DNA of 64,000 nucleotides from a virus (Duplodnaviria; Caudoviricetes): IMG/VR virus record IMGVR_UViG_3300044305_003112, positions 9,273 to 73,272 of that record; one strand, 5' to 3'. Shown piece by piece: positions 56,101 to 64,000 of this stretch (position 1 is its first letter; each line of letters starts with the position of its first letter). The notes under the pieces were generated by a model. It saw only the letters and a program-made list of their open reading frames with translations, ran no database searches and was not told where the DNA came from. The position numbers and the translations under genes were made by a program.

Positions 56101-57360
56101 ATGTTTTGGTTAGTTGAAAATAAAGTTCAATTTGAGCAGTTTTCTAATGCTAATTATAAAGAAGTTTTTGTTGAAGTAATTCCTTATAATAGTAAAATAC
56201 ATCCTGTTCAAAATAATGTGTGTGCTGTCTACATTAGACCGTTAGTAACAACTAAAGGATTTATAATACCCATTTCCCATAGTGAAACAACTAATATTAA
56301 TATAGACGGTATTATATTGTTATTATCAAAGATAAATACCATATATGTTAGAGATAAAAAAGAATTTTTACATTATTTTCCACTAAAAAATCTCTTTGAC
56401 ATAACACTCAATTCACCTCCGTATATACAAGAATTTACACAAACTCATGAAATATTTATGAGGAGATATCCTAATAAAAAAGATATTAATAGAATAATCC
56501 CTATTGTAAAACATTATGAGTATTGTGAAAATATATTTAATAATTTAAAAGAAAAAATAAATGAGCCAATCAACGAATTCTACAACAACAAATGCTCGGT
56601 GGTTTTCAACGCCGTGGAGAGAAGTGGATTACGAATTGATAGATCACAATTCGAACAGAATTTTCATAGTATCGATTCCGACTACACATACACACAATAC
56701 AACTTCAAAACCCTCACAAAAAGACCATCAAATAAATTTAAAGGAGTAAATTATGCAGCACTTAACAAAGACAACAATTCTAGAAGAAGTTTTAACACTC
56801 GTAATGATATCCTTTGCGAGCTTGATATTGGCGCTTATCATCCTACTCTTTTGGGTAAGCTCATTCATTGGAAGTGGGATAAAAAAGATATTCATCAATC
56901 CTTTGCTGACATGTATGGAGTGGATTATCAAAAAGCAAAAGAACTGACATTTAAACAATTATATGGAGGAATATTTAAACAGTATAAAGACTTAGAGTTT
57001 TTTAAAAGAGTCCAAATATATACTGATGAGATGTGGTATAAATTTCAAAATGAAGGTTTTATAGAATGTCCTATTTCAAATCATCGATTTGAAAAAGATA
57101 AATTAGATAATATGAAGCCCCAAAAACTTTTAAATTATTTACTACAAAATTTGGAGACATCAGTTAATGTTTGTATAATGTATGACATATTTAGATTATT
57201 AAAAAATAAAAAAACTAAATTAATTTTATATACTTATGATTCATTTTTATTCGATGTGTGTAAAGAAGAAAAAGAAGTTTTAATAAAAATAAAAGAATTA
57301 TTTAAACAGTATAAATTACAAATAAAAATAAGTTATGGAAACACCTACGATTTTAGATAA
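56101..57360 (+). CDS. polA: compact family-A DNA polymerase (419 aa; no 5'-3' exonuclease, degenerate proofreading domain)
   Basis: TKRPSN, motif A ELDIGAYHP, motif B KAKELTFKQLYGG, QNLET, motif C YTYDSFLFD. Confidence 0.85.
   Translation: MFWLVENKVQFEQFSNANYKEVFVEVIPYNSKIHPVQNNVCAVYIRPLVTTKGFIIPISHSETTNINIDGIILLLSKINTIYVRDKKEFLHYFPLKNLFDITLNSPPYIQEFTQTHEIFMRRYPNKKDINRIIPIVKHYEYCENIFNNLKEKINEPINEFYNNKCSVVFNAVERSGLRIDRSQFEQNFHSIDSDYTYTQYNFKTLTKRPSNKFKGVNYAALNKDNNSRRSFNTRNDILCELDIGAYHPTLLGKLIHWKWDKKDIHQSFADMYGVDYQKAKELTFKQLYGGIFKQYKDLEFFKRVQIYTDEMWYKFQNEGFIECPISNHRFEKDKLDNMKPQKLLNYLLQNLETSVNVCIMYDIFRLLKNKKTKLILYTYDSFLFDVCKEEKEVLIKIKELFKQYKLQIKISYGNTYDFR
56561..56749 (+). CDS. candidate overprinted ORF A (+1 frame inside polA), S/T-rich, 62 aa
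   Basis: TAA immediately before the ATG, A-rich upstream region, coincides with a burst of C-ending codons in polA. Confidence 0.4.
   Translation: MSQSTNSTTTNARWFSTPWREVDYELIDHNSNRIFIVSIPTTHTHNTTSKPSQKDHQINLKE
56753..56947 (+). CDS. candidate overprinted ORF B (+1 frame inside polA), single-TM protein, 64 aa
   Basis: AAGGAG-taaatt-ATG; hydrophobic VLTLVMISFASLILALIILLFWVSSFIG; basic C-terminus; polA avoids TTA/ATA/GTA here. Confidence 0.45.
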   Translation: MQHLTKTTILEEVLTLVMISFASLILALIILLFWVSSFIGSGIKKIFINPLLTCMEWIIKKQKN

Positions 57361-57808
57361 AACCCACAATATGTATAGTATAGACGATTTCGTTGACTTT
57401 ACGAACCAAAACTTTGGAGATTTGAATAACAAGTTATTCTGTACTTTTACTACATTAGATGAATTAGAAACAATTTTAAATTCTATAACTAGCAGATATA
57501 ATATAATGTATAATAAAATATTTGTTTTGCATATAAAAAGCAATGACGAATATGTTTGTACATATAATATAGACCAAGGTAATGTAAATAATTTACCAGA
57601 TAGTACTATATTAGTTCATAGAAAAAAAGAAACAAATACGTTGTATACAATTAATGCTTTAAATGAATTAATAAAAAAGTTAAATGGAGGAGTAGTTGAT
57701 ACTAAATTTCCAATTACTTGGGAGCATTATAGAAATACAATACTATTAACTCAACATGATGAGTTAAAACAATTAAAAACAAAAATTCATAAGATTATTG
57801 AACTTTAG
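57335..57808 (+). CDS. hypothetical protein in the replication block
   Basis: 157 aa; KLFCTF, VHRKKETNTLYTINALN; overlaps the polA end. Confidence 0.85.
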   Translation: METPTILDKTHNMYSIDDFVDFTNQNFGDLNNKLFCTFTTLDELETILNSITSRYNIMYNKIFVLHIKSNDEYVCTYNIDQGNVNNLPDSTILVHRKKETNTLYTINALNELIKKLNGGVVDTKFPITWEHYRNTILLTQHDELKQLKTKIHKIIEL

Positions 57809-57840
57809 TTTGGTTATCTTAAGAATATTTTTTACATTAA
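57809..57840 (+). promoter_or_regulatory. Bacteroidota sigma-A-type promoter for SSB
   Basis: TTTG(57809-12)-N20-TACATTAA(57833-40). Confidence 0.65.
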
Positions 57841-57872
57841 TAGAGTTATAAATTAAATAAAAAGTTATAAAC

Positions 57873-58712
57873 ATGGATTTACAAAAAATCAAAAACAAAT
57901 TAAACTCCCTTCAAAATCAATCAAACTACAAAAAAGGTGAAGGTAAAAATTTATTTTGGAAACCCTCAGTTGGTAAACAAGTTGTTAGAGTAGTACCTAA
58001 CAAATATAATAAAGATTTTCCTTTTACTGAAATGATGTTTTATTATGGTATAGGTAAGAGAGTTATGGCTTCTCCTCTAAATTGGAAAGAAAAAGATCCA
58101 ATTCAAGAATTTTGCAAAAAATTACGAACAAGTAATGATAAGGAAAATTGGAGATTAGCTAAAAAATTAGATGCTAAAACTAGAATTTTTGCACCTGTTG
58201 TAGTAAGAGGTGAAGAATCTGAAGGTGTTAGATTGTGGCAATTTGGTAAAGAAGTTTATCAAGAATTTTTAAATATGGCTGCTGATGAAGAAATTGGTGA
58301 TTACACTGATATTGCCCAAGGTAGAGATATTAAACTAACAACAGTAGGACCTGAAACTACAGGAACTCCTTACAATAAAACCTCAATTGGACCTTCATTG
58401 AAAACTTCTCCAATATCAAAAGATAAAGATGAAGTTAGTAAATTTTTAGAAGATCAACCTGATCCAATGAAAATTTTTAAACGTTATACTTTTGATGAAG
58501 TTAAAGAAGCATTACAAGAATTTTTAACTCCTGAAGATGAAGAAAAAGAAGGTGATATTATTAAAGAACCTGCTGTAGCATTTGATGGAGATACAAAATC
58601 TGGTAATTACTCACTTGATACAAATGTTAAAAAATCAAAGTCAGAGCAATTTGATGATTTATTTGATGAGAAAAATTCAAATACTTCTGATGCTGATCCT
58701 TTACCATTTTAA
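57873..58712 (+). CDS. gp32: single-stranded DNA-binding protein (gp32-like)
   Basis: FWKP...VRVVP, RIFAPVVVRG, LWQFGK.VY, GRDI; acidic C-terminal tail ending DPLPF. Confidence 0.88.
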   Translation: MDLQKIKNKLNSLQNQSNYKKGEGKNLFWKPSVGKQVVRVVPNKYNKDFPFTEMMFYYGIGKRVMASPLNWKEKDPIQEFCKKLRTSNDKENWRLAKKLDAKTRIFAPVVVRGEESEGVRLWQFGKEVYQEFLNMAADEEIGDYTDIAQGRDIKLTTVGPETTGTPYNKTSIGPSLKTSPISKDKDEVSKFLEDQPDPMKIFKRYTFDEVKEALQEFLTPEDEEKEGDIIKEPAVAFDGDTKSGNYSLDTNVKKSKSEQFDDLFDEKNSNTSDADPLPF

Positions 58713-58722
58713 TTAAGTAAGT

Positions 58723-59799
58723 ATGTCGAGAAAAAAAAGATCATTAACGGCTGCAGCCTCTAAAGAAATTAAGGCAAATTTTAGTTTAAATTCTTTTAAA
58801 GAAAAAAAAGGTTTAAAACAAAATATTAAATTTAAGGATCAAGAATGGATCCCTTTATCCAAGGCATTCCAGGATGTAACATCAATTCCTGGAATTCCTA
58901 TGGGTCATATTGTTCTTCTTAGAGGTCATTCCGATACAGGTAAAACAACAGGTTTAATTGAAGCTGCAGTGTCAGCTCAAAAAAGAGGTATACTACCTGT
59001 ATTCATTATTACAGAAATGAAATGGAATTGGGAACATGCTCAACAAATGGGTATGGATATAAAAGAAATTCGTGATGAAAAAACAAATGAAGTTTTAAAT
59101 TATGAAGGTCAATTTATCTACACAGATAGAGAAACTATTAATTCTATTGAAGACGTAGCTGCATTTATTTTAGATTTAATTGATGAACAAAAGAAGGGCA
59201 ATTTACCTTATGATTTATTATTCTTATGGGATTCTATAGGATCAGTACCTTGCGAAATGTCATTAAAATCTAATAAAAATAATAATGAATGGAATGCAGG
59301 AGCTATGTCTACTCAATTTGGGAATAATGTTAATCAACGTATAACGCTGTCACGTAAAGAGTCATCTCCATATACTAATACTTTGTTATGTATTAATAAA
59401 GTATGGACTTTAAAACCAGAATCTCCAATGGGTAAACCTAAATTAATGAATAAAGGAGGTTATGCTATGTGGTTTGATTCAACATTTGTAGTTACATTTG
59501 GTAATATAATGTCTGCTGGAACATCTAAAATTAAAGCAATTAAAGATGGTAAACAAGTAGAATTTGCTAAACGTGTAAATATTCAAATTGATAAAAATCA
59601 TATTAATGGTGTTACTACTAGAGGTAAAATTGTTATGACTCCTCATGGTTTTATTAATGACAATGATAGAGAATTAAAAGAATATAAAGAAGCTAGAAAA
59701 GATGATTGGGCTGCTATTTTAGGTGGTGGTGATTTTAGAGTAGTTGAAGAAGATCAAGCGTATTCTGACATAACATCTTTCGGAAAAGAACCCGAATAA
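58723..59799 (+). CDS. uvsX: RecA/UvsX-like recombinase
   Basis: GIPMGHIVLLRGHSDTGKT Walker A, LFLWDSIGS Walker B, INKVW, KGG. Confidence 0.9.
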   Translation: MSRKKRSLTAAASKEIKANFSLNSFKEKKGLKQNIKFKDQEWIPLSKAFQDVTSIPGIPMGHIVLLRGHSDTGKTTGLIEAAVSAQKRGILPVFIITEMKWNWEHAQQMGMDIKEIRDEKTNEVLNYEGQFIYTDRETINSIEDVAAFILDLIDEQKKGNLPYDLLFLWDSIGSVPCEMSLKSNKNNNEWNAGAMSTQFGNNVNQRITLSRKESSPYTNTLLCINKVWTLKPESPMGKPKLMNKGGYAMWFDSTFVVTFGNIMSAGTSKIKAIKDGKQVEFAKRVNIQIDKNHINGVTTRGKIVMTPHGFINDNDRELKEYKEARKDDWAAILGGGDFRVVEEDQAYSDITSFGKEPE

Positions 59800-59801
59800 A
59801 T

Positions 59802-59832
59802 TTTGATTCCCCATTTTCTTTTCGTATATTCC
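59802..59832 (+). promoter_or_regulatory. Bacteroidota sigma-A-type promoter for the 5'-3' exonuclease/helicase genes
   Basis: TTTG(59802-05)-N19-TATATTCC(59825-32). Confidence 0.6.
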
Positions 59833-59849
59833 CGTATAAAACTTAATAT

Positions 59850-60881
59850 ATGAAACAAAAAGAATTATTTAAACTTCTAGATAATATTACAGAAGAAGGA
59901 GAAATTATACAAACAGGAGAAAGAGTATTATTAATAGATGGTTTAAATTTATTTTTTAGAAATTTTGCTATGCTTAATATGGTAAATCCTCAAGGGGTTC
60001 ATATTGGTGGGTTAGGTGGATTTTTTAGATCATTAGGAGCTTTAATAAGACAAATTAACCCAACTCAAGTTTATGTAGTATTTGATGGAGCAGGATCGGC
60101 CAATAATAGAAAAAATTTAATACCAGAATATAAATCAGGTAGAGATTTACAACGTATTACTAATTGGGAAGCATTTGATGATTTAGATGATGAACATGAT
60201 GCTAAAGTAGATCAAATGGTCAGAATTATTCAATATTTAAAAGCATTGCCTGTTAAAACAATTACTATTGATAAAGTAGAAGCTGATGATATTATTGCTT
60301 ACTTAAGTGAAGTAATTCCTCAAGGTCCTAAAGATAAAGCTTTTATTGTTTCATCTGATAAAGATTTTATACAATTAGTTAGTGAAAAAGTTATTGTGTA
60401 TCGTCCTATTGAAAAAGAATATTATACTAAAGAAACTGTAGTTGAAAAGTTTAATATTTCTCCTGAAAATTTTATTTTATATAAAACATTACTAGGTGAC
60501 AATTCAGATAAAATTAAAGGAGTAAAAGGATTAGGTAAAAAAGGTTTATTTAAAAAATTCCCAGAATTAGTAGAACGTAATTTAGTTTGGGATGATATTT
60601 TAGATATATGTGAATCAAAGATGAAAGAACATGTTGTTTATGCTAGAGTAATTCATGGTCAAGAAGAATTGGAAAAAAATTACTCTGTAATGGATTTAAG
60701 TAACCCAATGTTAAGTAAAGAAGAAAAAAATTATTTAAATAAGTTTGTTGAATCTAAAGAACTTCATTATCATCCCGACGAATTCATAGCAATGTACAAT
60801 GAAGATCAATTAGGAGGGTTGATTAGAAATGTAGAGTTTTGGATAAAAGATGTTTTTGCAAATTTAGTTATTAAAAAATAA
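59850..60881 (+). CDS. rnh: 5'-3' exonuclease / flap endonuclease (T4 RNase H-like)
   Basis: LIDGLNLFFR, VFDG, YKSGR, EADDII, SSDKDF, LGDNSDKIKGVKGLG. Confidence 0.95.
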   Translation: MKQKELFKLLDNITEEGEIIQTGERVLLIDGLNLFFRNFAMLNMVNPQGVHIGGLGGFFRSLGALIRQINPTQVYVVFDGAGSANNRKNLIPEYKSGRDLQRITNWEAFDDLDDEHDAKVDQMVRIIQYLKALPVKTITIDKVEADDIIAYLSEVIPQGPKDKAFIVSSDKDFIQLVSEKVIVYRPIEKEYYTKETVVEKFNISPENFILYKTLLGDNSDKIKGVKGLGKKGLFKKFPELVERNLVWDDILDICESKMKEHVVYARVIHGQEELEKNYSVMDLSNPMLSKEEKNYLNKFVESKELHYHPDEFIAMYNEDQLGGLIRNVEFWIKDVFANLVIKK

Positions 60882-60886
60882 GTTAT

Positions 60887-62251
60887 ATGACCCTTACAAA
60901 TTTAAATCAATATGGTAAACCTTTTCAAATAAAAGTTCTTTCTTCATTATTAACTCATAAAGGTTTTTTAACAAATATCCATGATATTTTAAGTGAAGAA
61001 TATTGGGATAATCAAGCACATAAATGGGTTATAAAAAATATTTTAAAGTATTATGATAAGTATCATACAACCCCTTCAATGGAGATACTTAAAGTAGAAT
61101 TACAAAAAATAGAAAATGAAGTACTTCAAATATCAGTTAAAGAACAATTAAAGGAAGCTTATAAAGCATCTGATGAGGATTTAAAATATGTAGAAGAAGA
61201 ATTTTCAAATTTTTGTAAAAATCAACAATTAAGAAAAGCATTATTAAATAGTGTTGATCTTTTAAAAGGAGGTGATTTTGAATCAATTCGTGAATTAATA
61301 AATAATGCTATTAAAGCAGGGCAAGATAAAAACATAGGACATGAATATAATAAAGACGTGGAAGCACGTTACAGAGAAAATCATAGAGTTACAATTCCAA
61401 CTCCTTGGGAAAAAATTAATACCCTATTACAAGGTGGATTGGGAAATGGAGATTTTGGTCTCATATTTGGTAATCCGGGAGGTGGTAAATCTTGGTCATT
61501 AGTAGCTTTAGGAGGATTTGCTGTTAAATTAGGTTATAATGTTTTACATTATACTTTAGAATTAGGAGAAGATTATGTAGGAAGAAGATATGATGCTTTT
61601 TTCTCACAAATCCCAGTTGATAAATTAACATCCCAAAAAGACAAAATTGAAAATTTAATTGGTGATTTAAAAGGAAATTTAATTATAAAAGAATTCCCTA
61701 CAGGTAGAGCAACTATGACTACAGTAGAATCACATATTCAAAAAGTAAAAGATTTAGGAATTGAACCTGATTTAGTAATTATTGATTATGTTGATCTTCT
61801 TTCATCAAAAAGAAAAACAATCGATCGTAAAAGTGAAATTGATGATATTTATAGCAGCACTAAAGGATTAGCTAGAGAATTAAATATTCCTATTTGGAGT
61901 GTTTCTCAAGTAAATCGTGCAGGAGCTAAAGATAATATTGTAGAAGGAGATAAAGCAGCAGGATCTTATGATAAAATGATGATAACTGATGTTTGTATTT
62001 CTCTTTCACGTCAACGTAAAGATAAAGTAGAAGGTACTGGTAGATTTCACATTATGAAAAACAGATATGGTATGGATGGTTTGACATTTGGGGTAAAAGC
62101 AAATACTTCCACAGGACATTTTGATGTATCTAATGATCTTTATGTTGAAGAAGAATCACCCCAACAAACCCCACAAAATAATTTTGATAGTGGTATAGAT
62201 AAATTCGATAAATCATCACTTCAAAAAAAGTTTTTTGAACTCAATTCTTAA
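60887..62251 (+). CDS. gp41: DnaB-like replicative helicase (gp41-like)
   Basis: GNPGGGKS, YTLEL, IIDYVDLL, SQVNR, KNRYG. Confidence 0.95.
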   Translation: MTLTNLNQYGKPFQIKVLSSLLTHKGFLTNIHDILSEEYWDNQAHKWVIKNILKYYDKYHTTPSMEILKVELQKIENEVLQISVKEQLKEAYKASDEDLKYVEEEFSNFCKNQQLRKALLNSVDLLKGGDFESIRELINNAIKAGQDKNIGHEYNKDVEARYRENHRVTIPTPWEKINTLLQGGLGNGDFGLIFGNPGGGKSWSLVALGGFAVKLGYNVLHYTLELGEDYVGRRYDAFFSQIPVDKLTSQKDKIENLIGDLKGNLIIKEFPTGRATMTTVESHIQKVKDLGIEPDLVIIDYVDLLSSKRKTIDRKSEIDDIYSSTKGLARELNIPIWSVSQVNRAGAKDNIVEGDKAAGSYDKMMITDVCISLSRQRKDKVEGTGRFHIMKNRYGMDGLTFGVKANTSTGHFDVSNDLYVEEESPQQTPQNNFDSGIDKFDKSSLQKKFFELNS

Positions 62252-62269
62252 CTATTAAAATTTAATTAA

Positions 62270-63256
62270 ATGGCAAAAAAAGACATTACTAAAGAACGTA
62301 TCATTTATAAGCCCTTTGAATATCCAAAGGCTTTTGATTTTTATATGAAACAACAACAAGCACATTGGTTATGGACAGAAGTTCCAATGATGGCTGATGT
62401 TAACGATTGGAAACAAAATTTAACAGAATCAGAAAAAAATATTATAGGTTCTATATTAAAAGGGTTTGCTCAAACAGAAACAGTAGTAAATGATTATTGG
62501 TCAACTTTAGTAACAAAATGGTTTAGAAAACCAGAAATTATAGCAATGGCAGTAACTTTTGGATGTTTTGAAACTATTCATGCTGAAGCTTATAGTTTAT
62601 TAAATGAAGAATTAGGATTAGATGATTTTAGTGAATTTCTAGAAGATGAAACCACAATGGCTAAAATAGAAAATTTAATGAATGTTAGAGATAGTTTTGA
62701 AGGAGAAAAAGATTGGCATGAAATAGCTAAATCATTAGCAATATTTTCAGCTTTTACTGAAGGAGTAAATTTATTTTCATCATTTGCTGTTTTATTATCA
62801 TTTAAATTAAGAAATAAGTTAAAAGGAGTAGGGCAAATAGTAGAATGGAGCATAAGAGATGAGTCAATGCATTCAGATGCTGGTTGTTGGTTATTTAGAA
62901 CACTTCTAGAGGAAAAACCTGAATTAAAAACACCTGAATTAGAGGCTGCTATTAATGAAGCTGCTTTACTTTCATTACAATTAGAATTAAATTTTATAGA
63001 TAAAGTTTATGAAATGGGTGATTTAGAAGGTTGTAGTAAAGATGATTTAATATCATTTATTAAACATAGAGTAAATACAAAAATGGGTGATTTAGGTTAT
63101 AGACCTATAGTAAATGGTATAGATGTAAATGCAGTAGAAAGAATGAAGTGGTTTGACCATTTATCAGCAGGGAAACAACATACTGATTTTTTTGCAAATA
63201 GAGTAACAAATTATAGTAAAGGACATATAGAGTGGGATTCAGCTAAAATATTTTAA
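62270..63256 (+). CDS. nrdB: class Ia ribonucleotide reductase beta subunit
   Basis: FAQTE, ETIHAEAYS, EGVNLFSSF, RDESMH, DFFANRVTNY. Confidence 0.97.
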   Translation: MAKKDITKERIIYKPFEYPKAFDFYMKQQQAHWLWTEVPMMADVNDWKQNLTESEKNIIGSILKGFAQTETVVNDYWSTLVTKWFRKPEIIAMAVTFGCFETIHAEAYSLLNEELGLDDFSEFLEDETTMAKIENLMNVRDSFEGEKDWHEIAKSLAIFSAFTEGVNLFSSFAVLLSFKLRNKLKGVGQIVEWSIRDESMHSDAGCWLFRTLLEEKPELKTPELEAAINEAALLSLQLELNFIDKVYEMGDLEGCSKDDLISFIKHRVNTKMGDLGYRPIVNGIDVNAVERMKWFDHLSAGKQHTDFFANRVTNYSKGHIEWDSAKIF

Positions 63257-63258
63257 AA

Positions 63259-64000
63259 ATGGATAATAATTTAATAGCAGATTATACAAAATGGGAAAAA
63301 GGTAAAGATTATCCTGAATGGATGTCAGAAGTTGCCTTATCAACAATATCAAAAGGTTATCTTCTACCAGGAGAAACCCCTAGAAAAGCATATAGAAGAG
63401 TTGCATCAGCAATAGCTGAACGTTTAGGAAAACCTGAATTAGTAACTAAATTTTTTAAATATATTTGGAATGGTTGGTTAGGATTAGCTTCACCGGTTAT
63501 ATCAAATACAGGTACAGATAGAGGTTTACCTATTTCATGTTTTGGAGTTGATACCCCCGATTCTATTAGAGGAATAGGATTAACTAATGCTGAATTAATG
63601 AAATTAACAGCAGCAGGAGGTGGAGTTGGAGTTGGTGTTAGTAGAATTAGACCTAGAGGTGAAGAAATTAGAGGAAATGGAAAAAGTGAAGGGGTAGTAC
63701 CTTGGTGTAAAATATATGACTCAGCTATTATAGCAACTAATCAAGGTAATGTAAGAAGAGGAGCAGCATCAGTAAACTGTAATATAAATCATCCTGACAT
63801 TGATGAATTTTTACAAATTCGTAGACCTAAAGGTGATCCTAACAGACAATGTTTAAACTTACATCAATGTGTTGTAGTTGATGATAATTTTATGAGGAAG
63901 TTAAATGATAGAAATCAAGAGGCAATGGATCTTTGGCTAGAAATTTTAAAGTCAAGAGTAGAAACAGGTGAACCATATATAATGTTTGAAGATAATGTAA
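63259..64000 (+). CDS. nrdA: class Ia ribonucleotide reductase alpha subunit (5' part, runs off the window)
   Basis: MDNNLIADYTKWEKGKDYPEW..., LASPVISN, LPISCF, GGGVG, QGNVRRGAASV; absent from the ORF track because it has no stop codon in the window. Confidence 0.95.
   Translation, partial: MDNNLIADYTKWEKGKDYPEWMSEVALSTISKGYLLPGETPRKAYRRVASAIAERLGKPELVTKFFKYIWNGWLGLASPVISNTGTDRGLPISCFGVDTPDSIRGIGLTNAELMKLTAAGGGVGVGVSRIRPRGEEIRGNGKSEGVVPWCKIYDSAIIATNQGNVRRGAASVNCNINHPDIDEFLQIRRPKGDPNRQCLNLHQCVVVDDNFMRKLNDRNQEAMDLWLEILKSRVETGEPYIMFEDNV

Noticed and set aside
56728-56958. 76-aa minus-strand ORF inside polA
   Set aside because: It is in register with polA and open only because TTA/CTA/TCA are absent there. 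It is a by-product of the codon shift already reported.
3306-62853. Other short minus-strand ORFs in the track (for example 8313-8612, 15614-15844, 19815-20147, 47729-48160, 62590-62853)
   Set aside because: All overlap confident + strand genes, have shadow-like F/S/L/I composition, and lack promoter or initiation signals.
1-64000. tRNAs, CRISPR arrays, introns/inteins (terL, polA, helicase, nrd), DGR, stop-codon reassignment
   Set aside because: None were seen by eye. Intergenic gaps are short, core genes are uninterrupted and of normal length, and the standard code gives full-length ORFs. No tRNA scan was run.

Overview
This window is a 64-kb, very AT-rich segment of a large T4-like myovirus genome, and every credible gene lies on the + strand. 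In order, it holds the end of a baseplate/tail gene block, a GIY-YIG nuclease, primase, an exonuclease, a long cluster of probable capsid-internal proteins, and an FAD-oxidoreductase/SET/P-loop operon. Next come TerL, portal, prohead protease, scaffold and major capsid protein, an amidinotransferase-fold/PS-decarboxylase-fold/PhoH operon, a giant repetitive tail fibre cassette and neck proteins. These are followed by TWO tail-sheath genes, tube, chaperone with a -1 frameshift signal, tape measure and baseplate genes. The window ends with a replication block: minimal PolA, SSB, RecA/UvsX, 5'-3' exonuclease, DnaB-like helicase, nrdB and a partial nrdA. Six TTTG-N19/20-TAnnTT-type promoters point to a Bacteroidota host, and a TATTTATA motif marks the gaps before late genes. 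The most interesting leads are: (1) a pentein hydrolase plus soluble PSD-fold pyruvoyl enzyme pair that could be an undescribed Arg->ornithine->putrescine route; (2) a multi-enzyme polyprotein and neighbouring genes with prohead-protease-type (L/I)-x-E sites at domain boundaries, suggesting a packaged and injected enzyme cargo; (3) two back-to-back +1-frame ORFs overprinted on the PolA gene, with a sharp local codon-usage shift; (4) duplicated sheath genes sharing a 76-bp identical tract. All protein-family calls come from motif recognition by eye; no database searches were run.
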